A DNA stretch of 64,000 bases from Calditrichota bacterium (GCA_013150955.1 JAADJD010000027.1:33522-97521), one strand, 5' to 3'; shown: positions 40,458 through 52,918, numbered from the stretch's first letter. The notes: a model not told the origin generated them from the letters alone. A program made the numbers and translations.

Positions 40458-40517
40458 ATATCATCTTCACCTGTATCGGTTTTCAACAGGGACGTCCGGG
40501 ATTTTTCTCTCCCCCCA

Positions 40518-40546
40518 TTGACAAATTCCCGGTGGAATGTTACTTT
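40518..40546 (+). promoter_or_regulatory. sigma70 promoter positioned for a leaderless mRNA
   Basis: TTGACA-N17-(TG-n-)TACTTT, then 5 nt and ATG at 40552; no Shine-Dalgarno. Confidence 0.7.
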
Positions 40547-40551
40547 GTAAT

Positions 40552-41220
40552 ATGAACCGGTTGCGCTGGAAATGGATCTTCATCACCCTTTCCCTGGCGG
40601 CGGTCGTGGGTGCGGTAACCTTTCGCTTTTTCCCCGAGTATGTGGGACTGGTCTGGTTGTTTTTTTACATCATCCCCAGTAATTCATTCATTCCATTTCC
40701 CCATGAACCCGCTATTATCTACTACGGTAAATTGTATGGCCCCATGTTAACCACACTTACGGCGCTGGTGCCCACCATCATCGCCTGTTACATCGATTAC
40801 GAGGTGCTCACTCCGGCATTTGATCGTACCCGGTTGGGAAAAATTCGCCACACCCGTGTGTACCGCAAAACGCTGTATTATTTTTCCAAGGCGCCTTTTT
40901 TCACCAATGCGTTTGCAGCGCTGTCACCGGTGCCGTTCTATCCGGTGCGGATCCTGTCCATCAGCAGTGGATACCCCGCGTATAAATACACGCTGGCGGT
41001 GCTGCTGGGTCGATTACCCCGGTATTTTATTCTGGCTTACGGCGGTGCGGCGTTGAATGTCCCCAACGGGGTGATCTTGCTTTTCTTTATTGGCATTTTA
41101 ATTTCCATTGCCATTCAACGATGGCGCAAGCCGGCAACGGCATCGCCCGAAATGGCTTTTGTTCTGGAGCCTGCAGAGGACGCCAAACCGGTTCGGAATT
41201 TCTGGGCAACCAAACAGTAG
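40552..41220 (+). CDS. DedA/VTT (SNARE-associated) family membrane protein
   Basis: IPFPHEP, ALSPVPFYPVRI, LLGRLPRY; multiple TM helices. Confidence 0.82.
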   Translation: MNRLRWKWIFITLSLAAVVGAVTFRFFPEYVGLVWLFFYIIPSNSFIPFPHEPAIIYYGKLYGPMLTTLTALVPTIIACYIDYEVLTPAFDRTRLGKIRHTRVYRKTLYYFSKAPFFTNAFAALSPVPFYPVRILSISSGYPAYKYTLAVLLGRLPRYFILAYGGAALNVPNGVILLFFIGILISIAIQRWRKPATASPEMAFVLEPAEDAKPVRNFWATKQ

Positions 41221-41281
41221 CCGTACAGGCTTTCCCGAATGCCGACAATCCGTCTCATCTCCAAATAAAGGAGGCCCCACC

Positions 41282-41962
41282 GTGACCCAATCACAGGTAC
41301 AACACATGGCCGCCAATATCATCACCCTGGCCCGAATTGTGCTGGCATTCGTGGTCATCGTATTGCTTCAAATGGGCTTTTATTACCGGGTGGCCGGCGT
41401 ATTGCTCACCATTCTGGTCATTTATCTGGATTCGCTGGATGGATACGTGGCCCGCCGTTTGGGTGTGGCCAGCGATTTTGGAGCCCTGTTCGACATTACC
41501 GGCGATCGCATCGTGGAGCACGTGTTCTGGATTTTCTTCAGTTCGGTGGGATTGGTCAGCGTCTGGGTGCCCATTATCTTCATCAGCCGGAGTTTTCTGG
41601 TGGATACCCTCCGCAGCGTGGCCTACGCCAAGGAAGGTCGCACCCCGTTCGGTGAAAAGACCCTGATGCGCAGCGCCTTCACCCGCTTTTTAACCGCATC
41701 GCCATTCAGTCGCACGATTTACGCGGTGGGGAAGGTGGTTGCCTTTGTGTTGCTGGGTACCCTGCTGGTATTTCAGGAAGGATTTGCCATGCTTCAGCAC
41801 TGGGTACCGCCTCAACGGCTGGGGGATTTGTATCTGATTACCGAATTGGTCGTCTGGGTAGTGGTGGCCATGAATTTGATTCGTGGCATTCCGGTGCTGA
41901 TCGATGGGCGGTTTTATCTGTTTGAACGCCAGTTCCCCAGGGAATTGAAGGACGAAGGATAA
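41282..41962 (+). CDS. CDP-alcohol phosphatidyltransferase
   Basis: ANIITLAR, DSLDGYVARR...FGALFDITGDR; RBS AAGGAGG before GTG 41282. Confidence 0.92.
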   Translation: MTQSQVQHMAANIITLARIVLAFVVIVLLQMGFYYRVAGVLLTILVIYLDSLDGYVARRLGVASDFGALFDITGDRIVEHVFWIFFSSVGLVSVWVPIIFISRSFLVDTLRSVAYAKEGRTPFGEKTLMRSAFTRFLTASPFSRTIYAVGKVVAFVLLGTLLVFQEGFAMLQHWVPPQRLGDLYLITELVVWVVVAMNLIRGIPVLIDGRFYLFERQFPRELKDEG

Positions 41963-42616
41963 ATGGCGCGCTGGGCGGTTTTCGATGTGGATGGTACCCT
42001 GCTGCCGGGTACCTCCATGGAACAGTTGTTTGCGCTTTACTTGCTGAAGCAGGGCCGGATCCCCCTGAGAAACCTATTCCATTTTCTGATCCGTGCCGTT
42101 CGAACCGTTCGGACTACCCGTTCCCTGGATGGCCTGAAGCAGGAGAAGGTGTATTTCCGAGGGCTTCCGCAGTTACAGATTGAGCAACAGGCCGAAGTAT
42201 TTTTTCGGGAACGCATTCTGCCCCGACTGTCCACAGAAGGATTGGACACCGTCAGGACGCGGCGGGATCAGGGATTCCGAATTCTGTATCTAAGCGGTTC
42301 TCCAGATTTTTTACTGAGGGGTCTCCAGCGGCATCTGCCAGCGGATTACTGGCTGGCGGCGACGCTGGAGGTGCAGAATGGGCGCTTTAGCGGGCGTCTG
42401 CTGAAACCGCATCCCTATGGGCAACAAAAAAAACTGTATTTACTGGAATTGCAGTCGTCCCTGGAGATCGACTTCTCCCAATCTGTGGTTTACGCCAATC
42501 ATCATTCCGATGTGCACCACATGGAACTGTTTGCACAGGCCATTGCGGTGAATCCCACTCCCCGCTTGCAACAAATTGCTCGCCAGCGGGGCTGGCCCAT
42601 TGTTTTCTGGATATGA
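41963..42616 (+). CDS. HAD-IB family hydrolase (SerB-like, possible lipid phosphatase)
   Basis: FDVDGTL, LSGS, K, YANHHSD, AVNP. Confidence 0.88.
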   Translation: MARWAVFDVDGTLLPGTSMEQLFALYLLKQGRIPLRNLFHFLIRAVRTVRTTRSLDGLKQEKVYFRGLPQLQIEQQAEVFFRERILPRLSTEGLDTVRTRRDQGFRILYLSGSPDFLLRGLQRHLPADYWLAATLEVQNGRFSGRLLKPHPYGQQKKLYLLELQSSLEIDFSQSVVYANHHSDVHHMELFAQAIAVNPTPRLQQIARQRGWPIVFWI

Positions 42617-42684
42617 CTCGTCGGGATGAAAAGAGTTAGGTAGAATGTACTTCCATGCAAATTTCCACCCCAATTGTGCTCAAA

Positions 42685-43038
42685 CCCAAATAATGCATTA
42701 TACCCAAATAATGCACTAAACTACGAATCACGCGAATAAATCCTAAAAATATCAACCCAAATAAAGCGTTAAACCACGAATCACGCGAATGAAAACAAAA
42801 AATATATTATAAAATCGCGAATAAACCCTGGAACACATTTTCATCCAGACACAATTCAATGTATTTTATTGGTTTTATTTGTGTTAATTCGTGTCATTCG
42901 TAGGCTATTGTTTAATCTGGGATCAATAAAATAGCGATTAAATCCCGGAACACAATTTTATCCGGATATAATCAAACGGATTTTATTATTTTTGTTCGCG
43001 TTAATTCGAGTAATTCGTAGGCGAGTGCCAGATCCGGG
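42685..43038. mobile_element. nested MITE-like cluster (inner 42756-42921 inside outer 42703-43038, stray end at 42685)
   Basis: Inner copy flanked by an exact ATCAA duplication; removing it restores the intact consensus AAAATATCAATAAAAT. Confidence 0.88.
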
Positions 43039-43173
43039 TTCAAGGCAAATGAGTGGAAAATTCCAATGACCACGTGCACGATGAAGGCAGTAAAAATTCC
43101 GTTGATCCTACAGGACGGACTTAATGCTTTAAATTTTCAGAAGTTAGCCTAAAAAATATTCTTGCCTTTCCAT

Positions 43174-43201
43174 TAAAGCCCCTTCCCCCAATTACCGACA
43201 A
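43174..43201 (+). promoter_or_regulatory. possible sigma28 (FliA) promoter upstream of the MCP gene
   Basis: TAAA-N16-ACCGACAA versus consensus TAAA-N15-GCCGATAA. Confidence 0.35.
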
Positions 43202-43373
43202 TTTTTTAATGGGCTTTGCGTGAACGGTGGGTTTTACGGGCGAAAATACCTTAAGCAGTCTGGCTGTCGATCTGTTCGGCCGGACAGGGAATCGGAAGTG
43301 TGCACAATTGCCATTGCAGGTTCATTGAATGGTTTTGCGCAGTGGATGGAAAATTAAAATGGGGGTGTCAGGG

Positions 43374-45662
43374 ATGAACACGTTGCAAAGGCGTTTGTTG
43401 CTGCTGTTCTTTCTGGTTGGTATTGTGCCATTCATGCTGATCGTGGTGTGCAGTTCAGTAAAAAGCCGCGGATATTTTAAAGAACAGCAACTCCGCAATC
43501 TTGAGCAGTTGGCAGACGTCAAAAACACCGCGCTACACGGCCATTATCAATTGCTTCTCCGGAATGCGGAAGCAATGGCGCAATTGCCCGCACTGGTGTC
43601 ATTCCTGCAAACGTACAATCAGTCCGGGGAACGCGTGCTGGATGAGCGGAACAGGGAATACCGCCAGGTATATCAGGCATTGCTTGCCTATCAGGAAAGC
43701 CACTGGGGGGTGTTTCATCACGTATTTCTGGCCGACGCCAGCGGCAGGGTTATTGTCAGTCCAACGCATCTGGCAACCAACACCGATCACCAGGGGGCAT
43801 CCGTCCGCGACGTACCCTATTTCCGGCAGGCATTAAAAGAAACCCGATTTACCGACTATTTTGGATTCCAGGAATCGGATCATTATCACCAGTTGTTACT
43901 ACAACCGGTGTTTGATGAAGCGGGACGGGCACTGGGCGTGCTGGTGTTTGAAGTGGAAATTGAAGAAATTTTAAATTTCCTGAATCGGGACGTGCAAAAG
44001 GTAAAGGGGGAAGGGGTTTTCCTGACCACCCTTTCGGGATACCGCATCACGCGGGATAAGCAGGCGTTCCGCCAGCAGGTGCACAGTCCGGGAATCTCTC
44101 AGGCGCTCACCAGTGGCAAGGCCGTTGGATTTTTCCGCAACGCCGATGGGCAGGAAGTCGTTGGCGTGTACCTCCGCGACGACACCTATCCCTACGTGCT
44201 GGCGGTGGAAATGGATAAGCAGAGTGTATTTGCCTCCGTGAACCGGCACTTCTGGATCATTCTTATGCTGTCCTTTCTGGCCATCGGGGGCATTGGCATT
44301 GCGCTGGCATACGCCGGCAAGCGCATGGCGGAACCGTTGATTGAAATGACCAATGTGGCCAGGCGCATCACGGAAGGGGATTTGAAAAATCGCATTCACA
44401 TCAACAGCACCACCCGCGAGATTGTGGATTTGTCCAATGCCATCAATCACATGGTGGATACGCTGGAAGAATCCCGCGAAGCCCTGCAGCGCCAGAAAGA
44501 ATCCGTGGAAAAAGAAGTGGAAAAAGCGGTGAAGCGCGCAGAGGAAGAAAAGGCCTATTTGAACGAAAGTTTCGCTACCTTGCTGGATGCCATGGATCGA
44601 TTTGCCCGCGGCGACTTGACGGTACAGTTGAAAGCCAATGGTCGCGATGAAATTGCCCGCCTGTTTGAGGGATTTAATCGCGTGGTGCAGATTTTCCGCA
44701 CCATCATCCTGGAATTGAACGAGATGGTCATGGCCACGTTGCAGGTTTCGGAAAACATTCGCATGTCCACGGAGCGGCTGGCGGTTGGAGCCAGCGAGCA
44801 GGCTTCCCAGGCGGGAGAAGTCTCGGCCGCGGTGGAAGAGATGGCTCAGACCATCCTGGAAAATTCCCGCAATGCCAATCAAACGGCAAAGCTGGCGGGA
44901 GAAAACGGTCAGGTGGCGCAGGAAGGTCGCAAGGTGGTGGATCAAACGGTGGAGAAAATCCGGGAAATTGCGGATGTGGTGCGGCAGTCGGCACAAACGG
45001 TGGAACAGCTGGGACAATCCAGTACCAAGATTGGGGAGATTGTTTCGGTGATTAACGATATTGCCGAGCAGACCAATCTGCTGGCCCTGAATGCTGCCAT
45101 CGAGGCGGCGCGCGCCGGTGAGCAGGGCAAAGGGTTTGCCGTGGTTGCCGATGAGGTGCGCAAGCTGGCGGAGCGCACCACACAGGCCACCCGACAGATT
45201 GCCACCATGATCGAGGCCATTCAATCGGAAACCGATGCTGCGGTAAAGGCCATGCAGAAGGGCAACAAAGTGGTGGATGAGGGCATTCAATATGCCGATC
45301 AGGCGGGGCAGGCGCTGGAGAAAATCGTAAACAGTGCCCAGGAAGTGGTGAACATGATTCAGCACATTGCCGCCGCCAATCGGGAGCAGACCACGGCCAG
45401 CGAGCAGATTTCCCGCGGCATCGAAACCATCGCCGCCGTTTCTTCGGAGTCGGCCAATAGCATTTCCCAGATCGTCCAAATTGCCGATCACCTGAAGCAG
45501 TTAACCGAAAAATTGCGCAATCGCATTCGGGATTTTAAAATGGATGGGGCAAATGAGTGGGTGGATCGGACAGCGACGCCATCGGATTCTCAGCCACCGG
45601 AAACACCCGATCCGCTGATCTCCACATTGCCTCAGAACGGTTCCAATGGAAAAGGGGAGTGA
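43374..45662 (+). CDS. methyl-accepting chemotaxis protein (Cache-like sensor, two HAMP domains)
   Basis: Two TM helices, HAMP segments, [38 protein letters not shown]. Confidence 0.96.
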   Translation: MNTLQRRLLLLFFLVGIVPFMLIVVCSSVKSRGYFKEQQLRNLEQLADVKNTALHGHYQLLLRNAEAMAQLPALVSFLQTYNQSGERVLDERNREYRQVYQALLAYQESHWGVFHHVFLADASGRVIVSPTHLATNTDHQGASVRDVPYFRQALKETRFTDYFGFQESDHYHQLLLQPVFDEAGRALGVLVFEVEIEEILNFLNRDVQKVKGEGVFLTTLSGYRITRDKQAFRQQVHSPGISQALTSGKAVGFFRNADGQEVVGVYLRDDTYPYVLAVEMDKQSVFASVNRHFWIILMLSFLAIGGIGIALAYAGKRMAEPLIEMTNVARRITEGDLKNRIHINSTTREIVDLSNAINHMVDTLEESREALQRQKESVEKEVEKAVKRAEEEKAYLNESFATLLDAMDRFARGDLTVQLKANGRDEIARLFEGFNRVVQIFRTIILELNEMVMATLQVSENIRMSTERLAVGASEQASQAGEVSAAVEEMAQTILENSRNANQTAKLAGENGQVAQEGRKVVDQTVEKIREIADVVRQSAQTVEQLGQSSTKIGEIVSVINDIAEQTNLLALNAAIEAARAGEQGKGFAVVADEVRKLAERTTQATRQIATMIEAIQSETDAAVKAMQKGNKVVDEGIQYADQAGQALEKIVNSAQEVVNMIQHIAAANREQTTASEQISRGIETIAAVSSESANSISQIVQIADHLKQLTEKLRNRIRDFKMDGANEWVDRTATPSDSQPPETPDPLISTLPQNGSNGKGE

Positions 45663-46267
45663 TGGTTCCCGGATGACGCATGCCAGTTGCTCGAAAATCG
45701 ATTCGCCCGGATCGCACGGTGTCGATAATCGCCCGTCCCTGCAGGACGGGTGCGCTGTTTTAGGTGGATTTGAGGGGAATGGGGAACCTTCGCGGCCGGT
45801 TTCGGGCAGGCCAGGGGGCGTTCCTGATCGGCGGTGCCGGAAAATGTAAACACCAGGAGAAAACAGTTGGTTTTCGGAAATTTTTTGTGTAAAATTTTGA
45901 AAAAGAAAAATGGGATCAATATCGGGGTTACCTGCCTGGAGCCAGAAATAATGGCACCTGACGTCCGCTGAACAGCAGTCCATTTGGGATAAAAAGGCTT
46001 AAAACAGAGAAGCAAGAATGGCGGTTTGCCTGTTGGAAAAATCGCGGCGGTGTTTTTGCAGGTTCCCCGAACACACGGAATAAAAAGTGAGCAAGGGAAT
46101 CGCCGAACCATCCGGGGGCCAGGATTCCAGAGATGGTGAAAGCGTGTTTTTTGCCCTGGAGCAGGAAGGTGCCAGATGCGACTTTCTAACCGTGTTGCAA
46201 AAAGTAGGGGTAGGTATTATATTTGTAGGCTTTAATTCAATGAAAGAAAATAAAATAAGGTTGATCT

Positions 46268-47650
46268 ATGCAGTTTAATATCGAAGAAGTCAGTCCCAGC
46301 AAACGGAGAATCAAGATCACGCTGGAGCCGGAAGAAGTTGGCCAGATTGAAACCCAGGTGGTTCGCAAGTATCAGAAAGAAGTCCAGGTACCTGGATTTC
46401 GTCGCGGCAAGGCACCTGTGGGGATCATTCGCAAACGGTATGAAGAGTCCATTAAACTGGACGTGATTGAGGAGGCCATTTCCCGATTTTATGGCCGGGT
46501 ACTGGACGAGAGTAAGCTCAATCCCATTTCCCAGGGGAAAGTGACCGATATTCAATTCGAGGATGTCCAGAAAGGCATGGAGATTCAGGTGGAAGTAGAG
46601 GTTGAGCCGGAGATTGAGCTGAAAAAGTACAAGGGATTAAAGGTCGAAAAAGATATGGTGATTGTCACCGAGGCCATGGTACAGAAGGTATTGGAGGATT
46701 TGCAGGAGCATTTTGCCATAGCCAGGGATGTGGATGAAAGTAAAGAAGGCCATTGGATTACCTTCGACATTCAGCAGCTGGGCGAAGGGGATGTGCCCAT
46801 TGTGGGGCGAAAGTATGAAAATGTGACCGTGAGAATTGGCTCCGGCGATTTTGATCCCGAACTGGAGAAGCAGTTGATTGGTGTGAAGGTCGATCAGAAA
46901 GTGGTGGTGCGGCGAACCGTTCAGCCACCGGAAGGAGCAGAGGATCAGGCGCCGCGGGTGGAGTCCTATGAAATTACCGTGAAGGCGATTCAGGAAAAGG
47001 AATATCCGGAATTGAATGATGATCTTGTAAAAGAGCTAAACGAAGAAAACATTGACACGCTGGAAGATTTAAAGGTGGCCATTCGCAAAAACTTGCAGCG
47101 GGAATTGGAAGAGCGGAGCCGTCGGGAGTTTATTGATCGATTGATCCTTGAAGTATTGAAAGAAAATCCATTTGAAGTTCCAGAAGGTATGGTCGAACAT
47201 TATCTGGATCATATTATTGACGACCTGAAACGGCAGTCTGATGATCAGCCAATTGATGAGGCAGCGATTCGTGAAGCGTATCGGCCTGAGGCAATTCAAA
47301 GGGTTCGCTGGATCATCATTAAGAATAAGATCATCGAAATCGAGAACCTGTCCGTATCCGAGGAAGAGATCGATGAGGCCATTGACAAGTTGGAAATTCC
47401 AGAAGATCAGCGTGAGCAACTGCGGCAAATCGACGCATACCGATGGCAGCTGGCTCATGATTTGTTGGACGAAAAGGTGATCCGATTGCTGGAGCAACAC
47501 GCCGAGATTATTGAAGTGAAGCCCAAATGGATAAAGGAGGAGTACGCATCGGTTTCGGCTGAACCAGAAAAGAAAAAATCCAAAAAGAGCGGAACCAAAT
47601 CCCGTAAAGGAAAGAATCAGAACAAAGGGAAAGACGATTCAGAAACATAG
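46268..47650 (+). CDS. tig: trigger factor
   Basis: VPGFRRGKAP ribosome-binding motif; upstream of clpP-clpX. Confidence 0.95.
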   Translation: MQFNIEEVSPSKRRIKITLEPEEVGQIETQVVRKYQKEVQVPGFRRGKAPVGIIRKRYEESIKLDVIEEAISRFYGRVLDESKLNPISQGKVTDIQFEDVQKGMEIQVEVEVEPEIELKKYKGLKVEKDMVIVTEAMVQKVLEDLQEHFAIARDVDESKEGHWITFDIQQLGEGDVPIVGRKYENVTVRIGSGDFDPELEKQLIGVKVDQKVVVRRTVQPPEGAEDQAPRVESYEITVKAIQEKEYPELNDDLVKELNEENIDTLEDLKVAIRKNLQRELEERSRREFIDRLILEVLKENPFEVPEGMVEHYLDHIIDDLKRQSDDQPIDEAAIREAYRPEAIQRVRWIIIKNKIIEIENLSVSEEEIDEAIDKLEIPEDQREQLRQIDAYRWQLAHDLLDEKVIRLLEQHAEIIEVKPKWIKEEYASVSAEPEKKKSKKSGTKSRKGKNQNKGKDDSET

Positions 47651-47680
47651 CCAAATTGAGCAAAAGGAGGGATCACGTTT

Positions 47681-48274
47681 ATGGCGTTAGTGCCAATTGT
47701 TATTGAGCAAACCGGACGGGGTGAACGTGCGTACGACATTTACTCCCGGTTGTTAAAAGAGCGCATTATTTTTCTGGGAACACCCATTGACGATAATATC
47801 GCCAGCCTGATTGTCGCCCAATTGTTGTTTCTGGAAGCGGAAAATCCGGAAAAAGACATTCACCTGTATATTAACAGTCCGGGTGGAATTGTCACCGCCG
47901 GTCTGGCGATTTACGATACGATGCAGTATATTAAACCCGATGTGGTTACCTACTGCATTGGGCAGGCGGCCAGCATGGGGGCCATTTTGCTGGCGGGTGG
48001 TGCCAAAGGCAAACGCTTCGCATTGCCCAATTCGCGGATCATGATTCATCAACCGCTGGGTGGTGTGGAAGGTCAGGCGACCGATATAGATATTCATGCC
48101 CGTGAGATTTTAAAGATTCGGGAGCGGTTGAATCGCATTCTGGCGGAACGTACCGGTCAACCCATCGAAAAGATTGAGCAGGACACCGACCGAAATTTCT
48201 TCATGAGCGCCACAGAGGCCAAGGAGTACGGGCTGATCGATAAAATATTAAGTCGCCGGGAAAATGAAAAATAA
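47681..48274 (+). CDS. clpP: ATP-dependent Clp protease proteolytic subunit
   Basis: [30 protein letters not shown]. Confidence 0.99.
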   Translation: MALVPIVIEQTGRGERAYDIYSRLLKERIIFLGTPIDDNIASLIVAQLLFLEAENPEKDIHLYINSPGGIVTAGLAIYDTMQYIKPDVVTYCIGQAASMGAILLAGGAKGKRFALPNSRIMIHQPLGGVEGQATDIDIHAREILKIRERLNRILAERTGQPIEKIEQDTDRNFFMSATEAKEYGLIDKILSRRENEK

Positions 48275-48289
48275 TCAGAGTGAGCCTAT

Positions 48290-49537
48290 ATGACCAATAA
48301 GAAGAAGTTTAATCATGAGATTCAGTGTTCCTTTTGTGGCCGCCGGGCCCATCAGGTGGAGCAATTGATTACCGGGATGTCCGCCAGCATATGCGATGAA
48401 TGCGTACGCAGCGCCTCGGAAATTTTGAAGAGCTCGCGCTATCAGCAATTGCAAACCGGTGATTTTAAACTCCCCAAGCCAAAAGAAATCAAAGAGTTTC
48501 TGGATCAGTACGTGATTGGCCAGGAAAAGGCCAAAATTGCGCTATCGGTGGCGGTGTACAATCACTACAAGCGGATCACGTTTGGGGAGTTTGATGATGA
48601 TGTGGAAATTGAAAAGAGCAATATTTTGTTGATTGGCCCCACGGGTGTGGGAAAAACCCTGCTGGCCCAGACGCTGGCTCGCCTGTTGCACGTCCCCTTC
48701 TCCATTTCCGATGCCACCACCCTTACCGAAGCCGGGTATGTGGGAGAAGATGTGGAGAATATCCTGGTGCGATTGTACCATGCCGCCAATTTTGAGATCG
48801 AGGCGACCGAACGGGGCATCGTGTACATCGATGAGATCGACAAGATTGCCCGAAAGGCCGGTAGTCCATCCATTACCCGCGACGTGTCCGGCGAGGGCGT
48901 CCAGCAGGCGCTGTTGAAAATCCTGGAAGGCACCGTTTCGGCCATTCCACCTAAGGGGGGACGGAAACATCCCGAAGCTCCCATGGTGCACATCAACACC
49001 CGGAACATTCTGTTTATCTGCGGGGGAGCTTTCGATGGGCTGGCCGAAATCATCAGTCGCCGCATTGGTAAAAAAACCATGGGATTCCATGCTGAATTGC
49101 AGGATCGCAATCTGTTCAAAAGCAGCCGAATTTTTGATTATGTGGAACCCGAAGATCTGATCGAATACGGGTTGATTCCCGAGCTGGTGGGACGATTACC
49201 AGTGATTGTGGGGCTGCGCGAATTGAGCGATTCGGAATTGCTTTCCATTCTGGTGGAACCAAAGAATTCCCTGATCAAGCAATACAAAAAGTTGTTCGAG
49301 CTGGAAGGGATAGAGCTGAAGTTTACCGAGAAGGCCTTGCAGGAAATTGTAAAACTGGCTCAGAAACGCAAGACAGGCGCCCGTGGTTTGCGAAGCATTC
49401 TGGAAAGCGTGATGATGGATGTGATGTACAAGGTGCCTTCCCTGAAGAATGTTCGGGAATGCCTGATTACCGAAGACGTTATTCTGGGTAAAGCGGATCC
49501 TGTGTTAAAAATGGACGATTCCCGCCAGTCCGCTTAG
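48290..49537 (+). CDS. clpX: ATP-dependent Clp protease ATP-binding subunit
   Basis: CSFC...ICDEC zinc finger, [30 protein letters not shown] loop. Confidence 0.99.
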   Translation: MTNKKKFNHEIQCSFCGRRAHQVEQLITGMSASICDECVRSASEILKSSRYQQLQTGDFKLPKPKEIKEFLDQYVIGQEKAKIALSVAVYNHYKRITFGEFDDDVEIEKSNILLIGPTGVGKTLLAQTLARLLHVPFSISDATTLTEAGYVGEDVENILVRLYHAANFEIEATERGIVYIDEIDKIARKAGSPSITRDVSGEGVQQALLKILEGTVSAIPPKGGRKHPEAPMVHINTRNILFICGGAFDGLAEIISRRIGKKTMGFHAELQDRNLFKSSRIFDYVEPEDLIEYGLIPELVGRLPVIVGLRELSDSELLSILVEPKNSLIKQYKKLFELEGIELKFTEKALQEIVKLAQKRKTGARGLRSILESVMMDVMYKVPSLKNVRECLITEDVILGKADPVLKMDDSRQSA

Positions 49538-50054
49538 ATCGAGGATGAGGGTGTGATTGCCTTTCCCCGGCATATGACGTGTACACTGGAATGGCGGTAG
49601 GATTGAACGGATAGATCACCATTCCGCATTGACTGCTCCGATAACCTCAAGGTGTTCGATGCGTGGCTGTTTAAATTCCCGGATTCTGCACTTTTATCGG
49701 ATTTCACCTTTCATTGGATTGGGGTTGAATGGGAAGGCAAATGATTTCCCCGTTTTCTCGCTCGTAACAGGCTTCCTGGAATTTTCCATCTCTACTGACA
49801 CCCTGAAAGGCGAATGGTCACAAATTCAATCAAAAAAGATGGGTAAAATTGTTTTATTTTAGAAAAAATGGGTTGCATCTGTAAAACAGGATTGGGTTTT
49901 GTTCGCATTGGCGGGATCCAGGAAAAGGGTTTAATCCGGTAATGGGTAATTTTCGCATATTCATGTGTGTTTTTTAAGGATTTATTTTTATTCATGTCAC
50001 TGGGTGACTGAAAATACAATCAAGATGTATTAAAAGCAGAAAAGAGATAATACG

Positions 50055-52400
50055 ATGAAATATCAACGCATTTTAAAAGGGGATGAAGTTCTGGACATTC
50101 CAGAGACGCTGCCGGTGATCCCCGTGCGCGATCAGGTGATTTTCCCTTACTCCGTCGTTCCCTTGCTGATTGGTCGGGACAAGTCCCTGAATGCCCTCAG
50201 CGCAGCCTACGAATACGACAATCTGATCTTGCTTTCCAGCCAGAAGAATGCCGACAAGGAGGAGATCAAAGCGTCCGATATTTATCGCATCGGAACCGTG
50301 GGAAAGGTGCTTCAGGTTCTGGATTTGCCGGATGGATTGATGAAAGTGGTGGTGGAAGGCATTATCCGCGCCCGCATCCGACGCTTTCGCCGGCATCCCT
50401 ATTTTTTTCTGGCAGACATCGAAGTGTACGATGAAGAGGAAGATTTTCCCGCGGCAGCACGGGATAAACTCAAGCAGCTGTTTTATTACTTTGACGAATA
50501 CGTGAAGTTGGTGCCGGATCTACCGTCGGAAATCGCCGAGCATTTGCGGCAACAGGGGGATCCCTACCGTATGATCGATTTTGTGGCGCTGCACCTGCAA
50601 ACGGACATCGCCGAAAAGCAGAAAATTCTTAAAGAGATTGACGTCAGCAAACGCCTGCGGTTGTTGATTTCGTTGCTTCAGCGCCTGATCAGTTACGAAC
50701 GCATCCGGGCGGAAATCGATCAGCAGGTGCAGGAGAATTTGTTGAAAAACCAGCGGGACTATTACCTGCAGGAAAAACTGCGCATCATCAACCAGGAGCT
50801 GGGAGAAGAAGAAGAGGAGTCTCCGGAAATTAAAAAGCTGGAGAAGTTGATTCGAAAGGCGAAGATGCCCCGGCAGGCGCAGGAAAAAGCGTTCGAGGAA
50901 CTGGACAAGTTGCGGAAAATCCCACCCTTTTCTCCGGAATATACCGTCATCCGGAATTATCTGGACTGGATGGTACAGGTGCCCTGGAGCAAACGCACCC
51001 GGGATGAAACCGATATTTTAAAAGCCAAAAAGATTCTGGATGAAGACCATTACGGATTGGAGAAGCCCAAGGAACGGATTGTGGAGCATCTGGCGGTGTT
51101 GCAGCGGGTAAAAAAGATAAAAGGGCCGATTTTATGCCTGGTGGGCCCACCGGGTGTGGGGAAGACTTCTCTGGGAAAATCGGTTGCCCGGGCTCTGGGA
51201 CGAAAATTTGTGCGCGTCTCGCTGGGTGGGGTGCGCGATGAGGCGGAAATTCGTGGTCACAGGCGAACCTACATCGGTTCCATGCCTGGAAAAATTATTC
51301 AGAACATGAAACGTGCCGGCACGGTGAACCCAGTGTTTTTACTGGATGAGGTGGACAAGATGAGTATGGATTTTCGTGGCGATCCATCGGCGGCGCTGCT
51401 GGAAGTGCTGGATCCCGAACAGAACAAGGCGTTCAACGATCATTATCTGGATGTGGATTACGATCTCTCCGAAGTCTTTTTTATCACCACGGCAAATGTT
51501 CAGGCCAACATCCCACGTCCGTTGCAGGATCGCATGGAAATCATTGAATTGCCGGGCTATCTGGAGCACGAAAAGGTGGAAATTGCCCGGCGCCACCTGA
51601 TTCCCCGACAGTTAAAGGAAGCCGGGTTGAAGAAGCACGAATTACAGATTACCCGGGAAGCCATTCTGCGGATGATCCGGGAATATACCCGGGAAGCCGG
51701 GGTGCGGAACCTGGAGCGTCAGATTGCCACCCTGTGCCGGAAAAGCGTACGCAAGTTGGCCGAACATCCGGACTTGAAACAGATTGTGGTCACCGAAGCC
51801 AATCTGGAATCATTTCTGGGCAAACCCACTTATCTGAATCGCCATTTTTCTCTGAAGGACGAGGTGGGTGTGGCAACAGGATTGGCCTGGACGGAATACG
51901 GTGGCGATGTGCTGCGGATCGAGGTCACCATTTTCCCAGGAAAAGGCCAGTTGATTCTCACCGGCAAGCTGGGGGAGGTCATGCGAGAATCGGCCCAGAC
52001 GGCGGTGAGTTACATCCGTTCCATTGCCACCGAACAGGGAATTCCCCGGGAAAAATTCGAGAAAAACGATATTCACATTCACGTACCGGAAGGGGCTATT
52101 CCCAAAGATGGGCCTTCGGCGGGCATCACCATTGCCACGGCAGTGCTGTCGGCTTTTCTGGAACGGCCGGTGCGGAACGCGATCGCGTTAACCGGAGAGA
52201 TCACCCTGCGGGGAAAAATTCTGGCCGTGGGTGGACTGAACGAAAAATTACTGGCAGCACAGCGAAATGGTATTCCAACCGTTATCGTGCCCCGGGAGAA
52301 CAAGAAGGAAGTGGATGACCTTCCTCAGGAAATTCAGGAGGGGGTGACCATCCTCCAGGTCGAAGACTATCGGGAAGTGATGGAAAGGGTGTTTGTGTAA
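50055..52400 (+). CDS. lon: endopeptidase La
   Basis: [25 protein letters not shown]. Confidence 0.99.
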   Translation: MKYQRILKGDEVLDIPETLPVIPVRDQVIFPYSVVPLLIGRDKSLNALSAAYEYDNLILLSSQKNADKEEIKASDIYRIGTVGKVLQVLDLPDGLMKVVVEGIIRARIRRFRRHPYFFLADIEVYDEEEDFPAAARDKLKQLFYYFDEYVKLVPDLPSEIAEHLRQQGDPYRMIDFVALHLQTDIAEKQKILKEIDVSKRLRLLISLLQRLISYERIRAEIDQQVQENLLKNQRDYYLQEKLRIINQELGEEEEESPEIKKLEKLIRKAKMPRQAQEKAFEELDKLRKIPPFSPEYTVIRNYLDWMVQVPWSKRTRDETDILKAKKILDEDHYGLEKPKERIVEHLAVLQRVKKIKGPILCLVGPPGVGKTSLGKSVARALGRKFVRVSLGGVRDEAEIRGHRRTYIGSMPGKIIQNMKRAGTVNPVFLLDEVDKMSMDFRGDPSAALLEVLDPEQNKAFNDHYLDVDYDLSEVFFITTANVQANIPRPLQDRMEIIELPGYLEHEKVEIARRHLIPRQLKEAGLKKHELQITREAILRMIREYTREAGVRNLERQIATLCRKSVRKLAEHPDLKQIVVTEANLESFLGKPTYLNRHFSLKDEVGVATGLAWTEYGGDVLRIEVTIFPGKGQLILTGKLGEVMRESAQTAVSYIRSIATEQGIPREKFEKNDIHIHVPEGAIPKDGPSAGITIATAVLSAFLERPVRNAIALTGEITLRGKILAVGGLNEKLLAAQRNGIPTVIVPRENKKEVDDLPQEIQEGVTILQVEDYREVMERVFV

Positions 52401-52626
52401 TTTTCTGGAAGACATTTGGGTAAGCTTCCCTTCATCAGGATTAACCGCTGGGCTGGATTGAGCTGCATGTGGGCGTCCTTTTCCGGAACAATTTACCTGC
52501 CAGACTTTGACAGTTATTTTTTGTAAATCATTGTTTTTATTGAATCGAAATCTCAAAAATTGCGAAAGTTGTCCGCAGGTTTCTTGGGTTGCAAGAAAGG
52601 AATCGGATCGGGGAACACGTGTTTAA

Positions 52627-52854
52627 CCCGGATGATGCATTAGACCACGAATTTCACGAATTAACACAAACAAAATTAACCCAGATTAAGCAATAGCCTA
52701 CGAATTACACGAATTAAGACGAATAAAACCGATAAAATACATTGGATTGTGTCTGGATGAAAATGTGTTCCAGAGTTTTTTCGCGATTTTGCAGATATTT
52801 TTTGGCTTCATTCGCGTGATTCGTGGTTTAACGCTTTATTCGGGATTATTTGGG
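52627..52854. mobile_element. nested MITE-like pair (inner 52680-52844 inside a truncated outer copy)
   Basis: Outer ends flanked by an exact TTTAA duplication; inner 165-bp copy flanked by ATTAA/ATTAT. Confidence 0.87.
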
Positions 52855-52918
52855 TTTAATTTACTTGATTGGCAGTTAAAAAATGGGTCTTAGTTTTGAG
52901 GACTATGAAGGGTAAAAG

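Noticed and set aside
43042-43090. Possible c-di-GMP-I riboswitch upstream of the MCP gene (GGCAAA...GAAA...GAC)
   Set aside because: The stem around GAAA does not pair convincingly and the GACGCAAA and second hairpin elements are missing.
43971-45491. Long antisense ORFs (506 aa here; also 3521-4795, 55466-56785, 57504-58388, 18298-19128)
   Set aside because: They are mirror frames of well-supported genes (MCP, xseA, rmlA, HAD, speE) and carry no recognisable motifs.
49538-50054. Long intergenic gaps (clpX-lon; also 45663-46267 before tig) as possible ncRNA or tRNA loci
   Set aside because: No cloverleaf, riboswitch motif or convincing ORF was recognisable by eye; an Rfam/Infernal scan would be needed.
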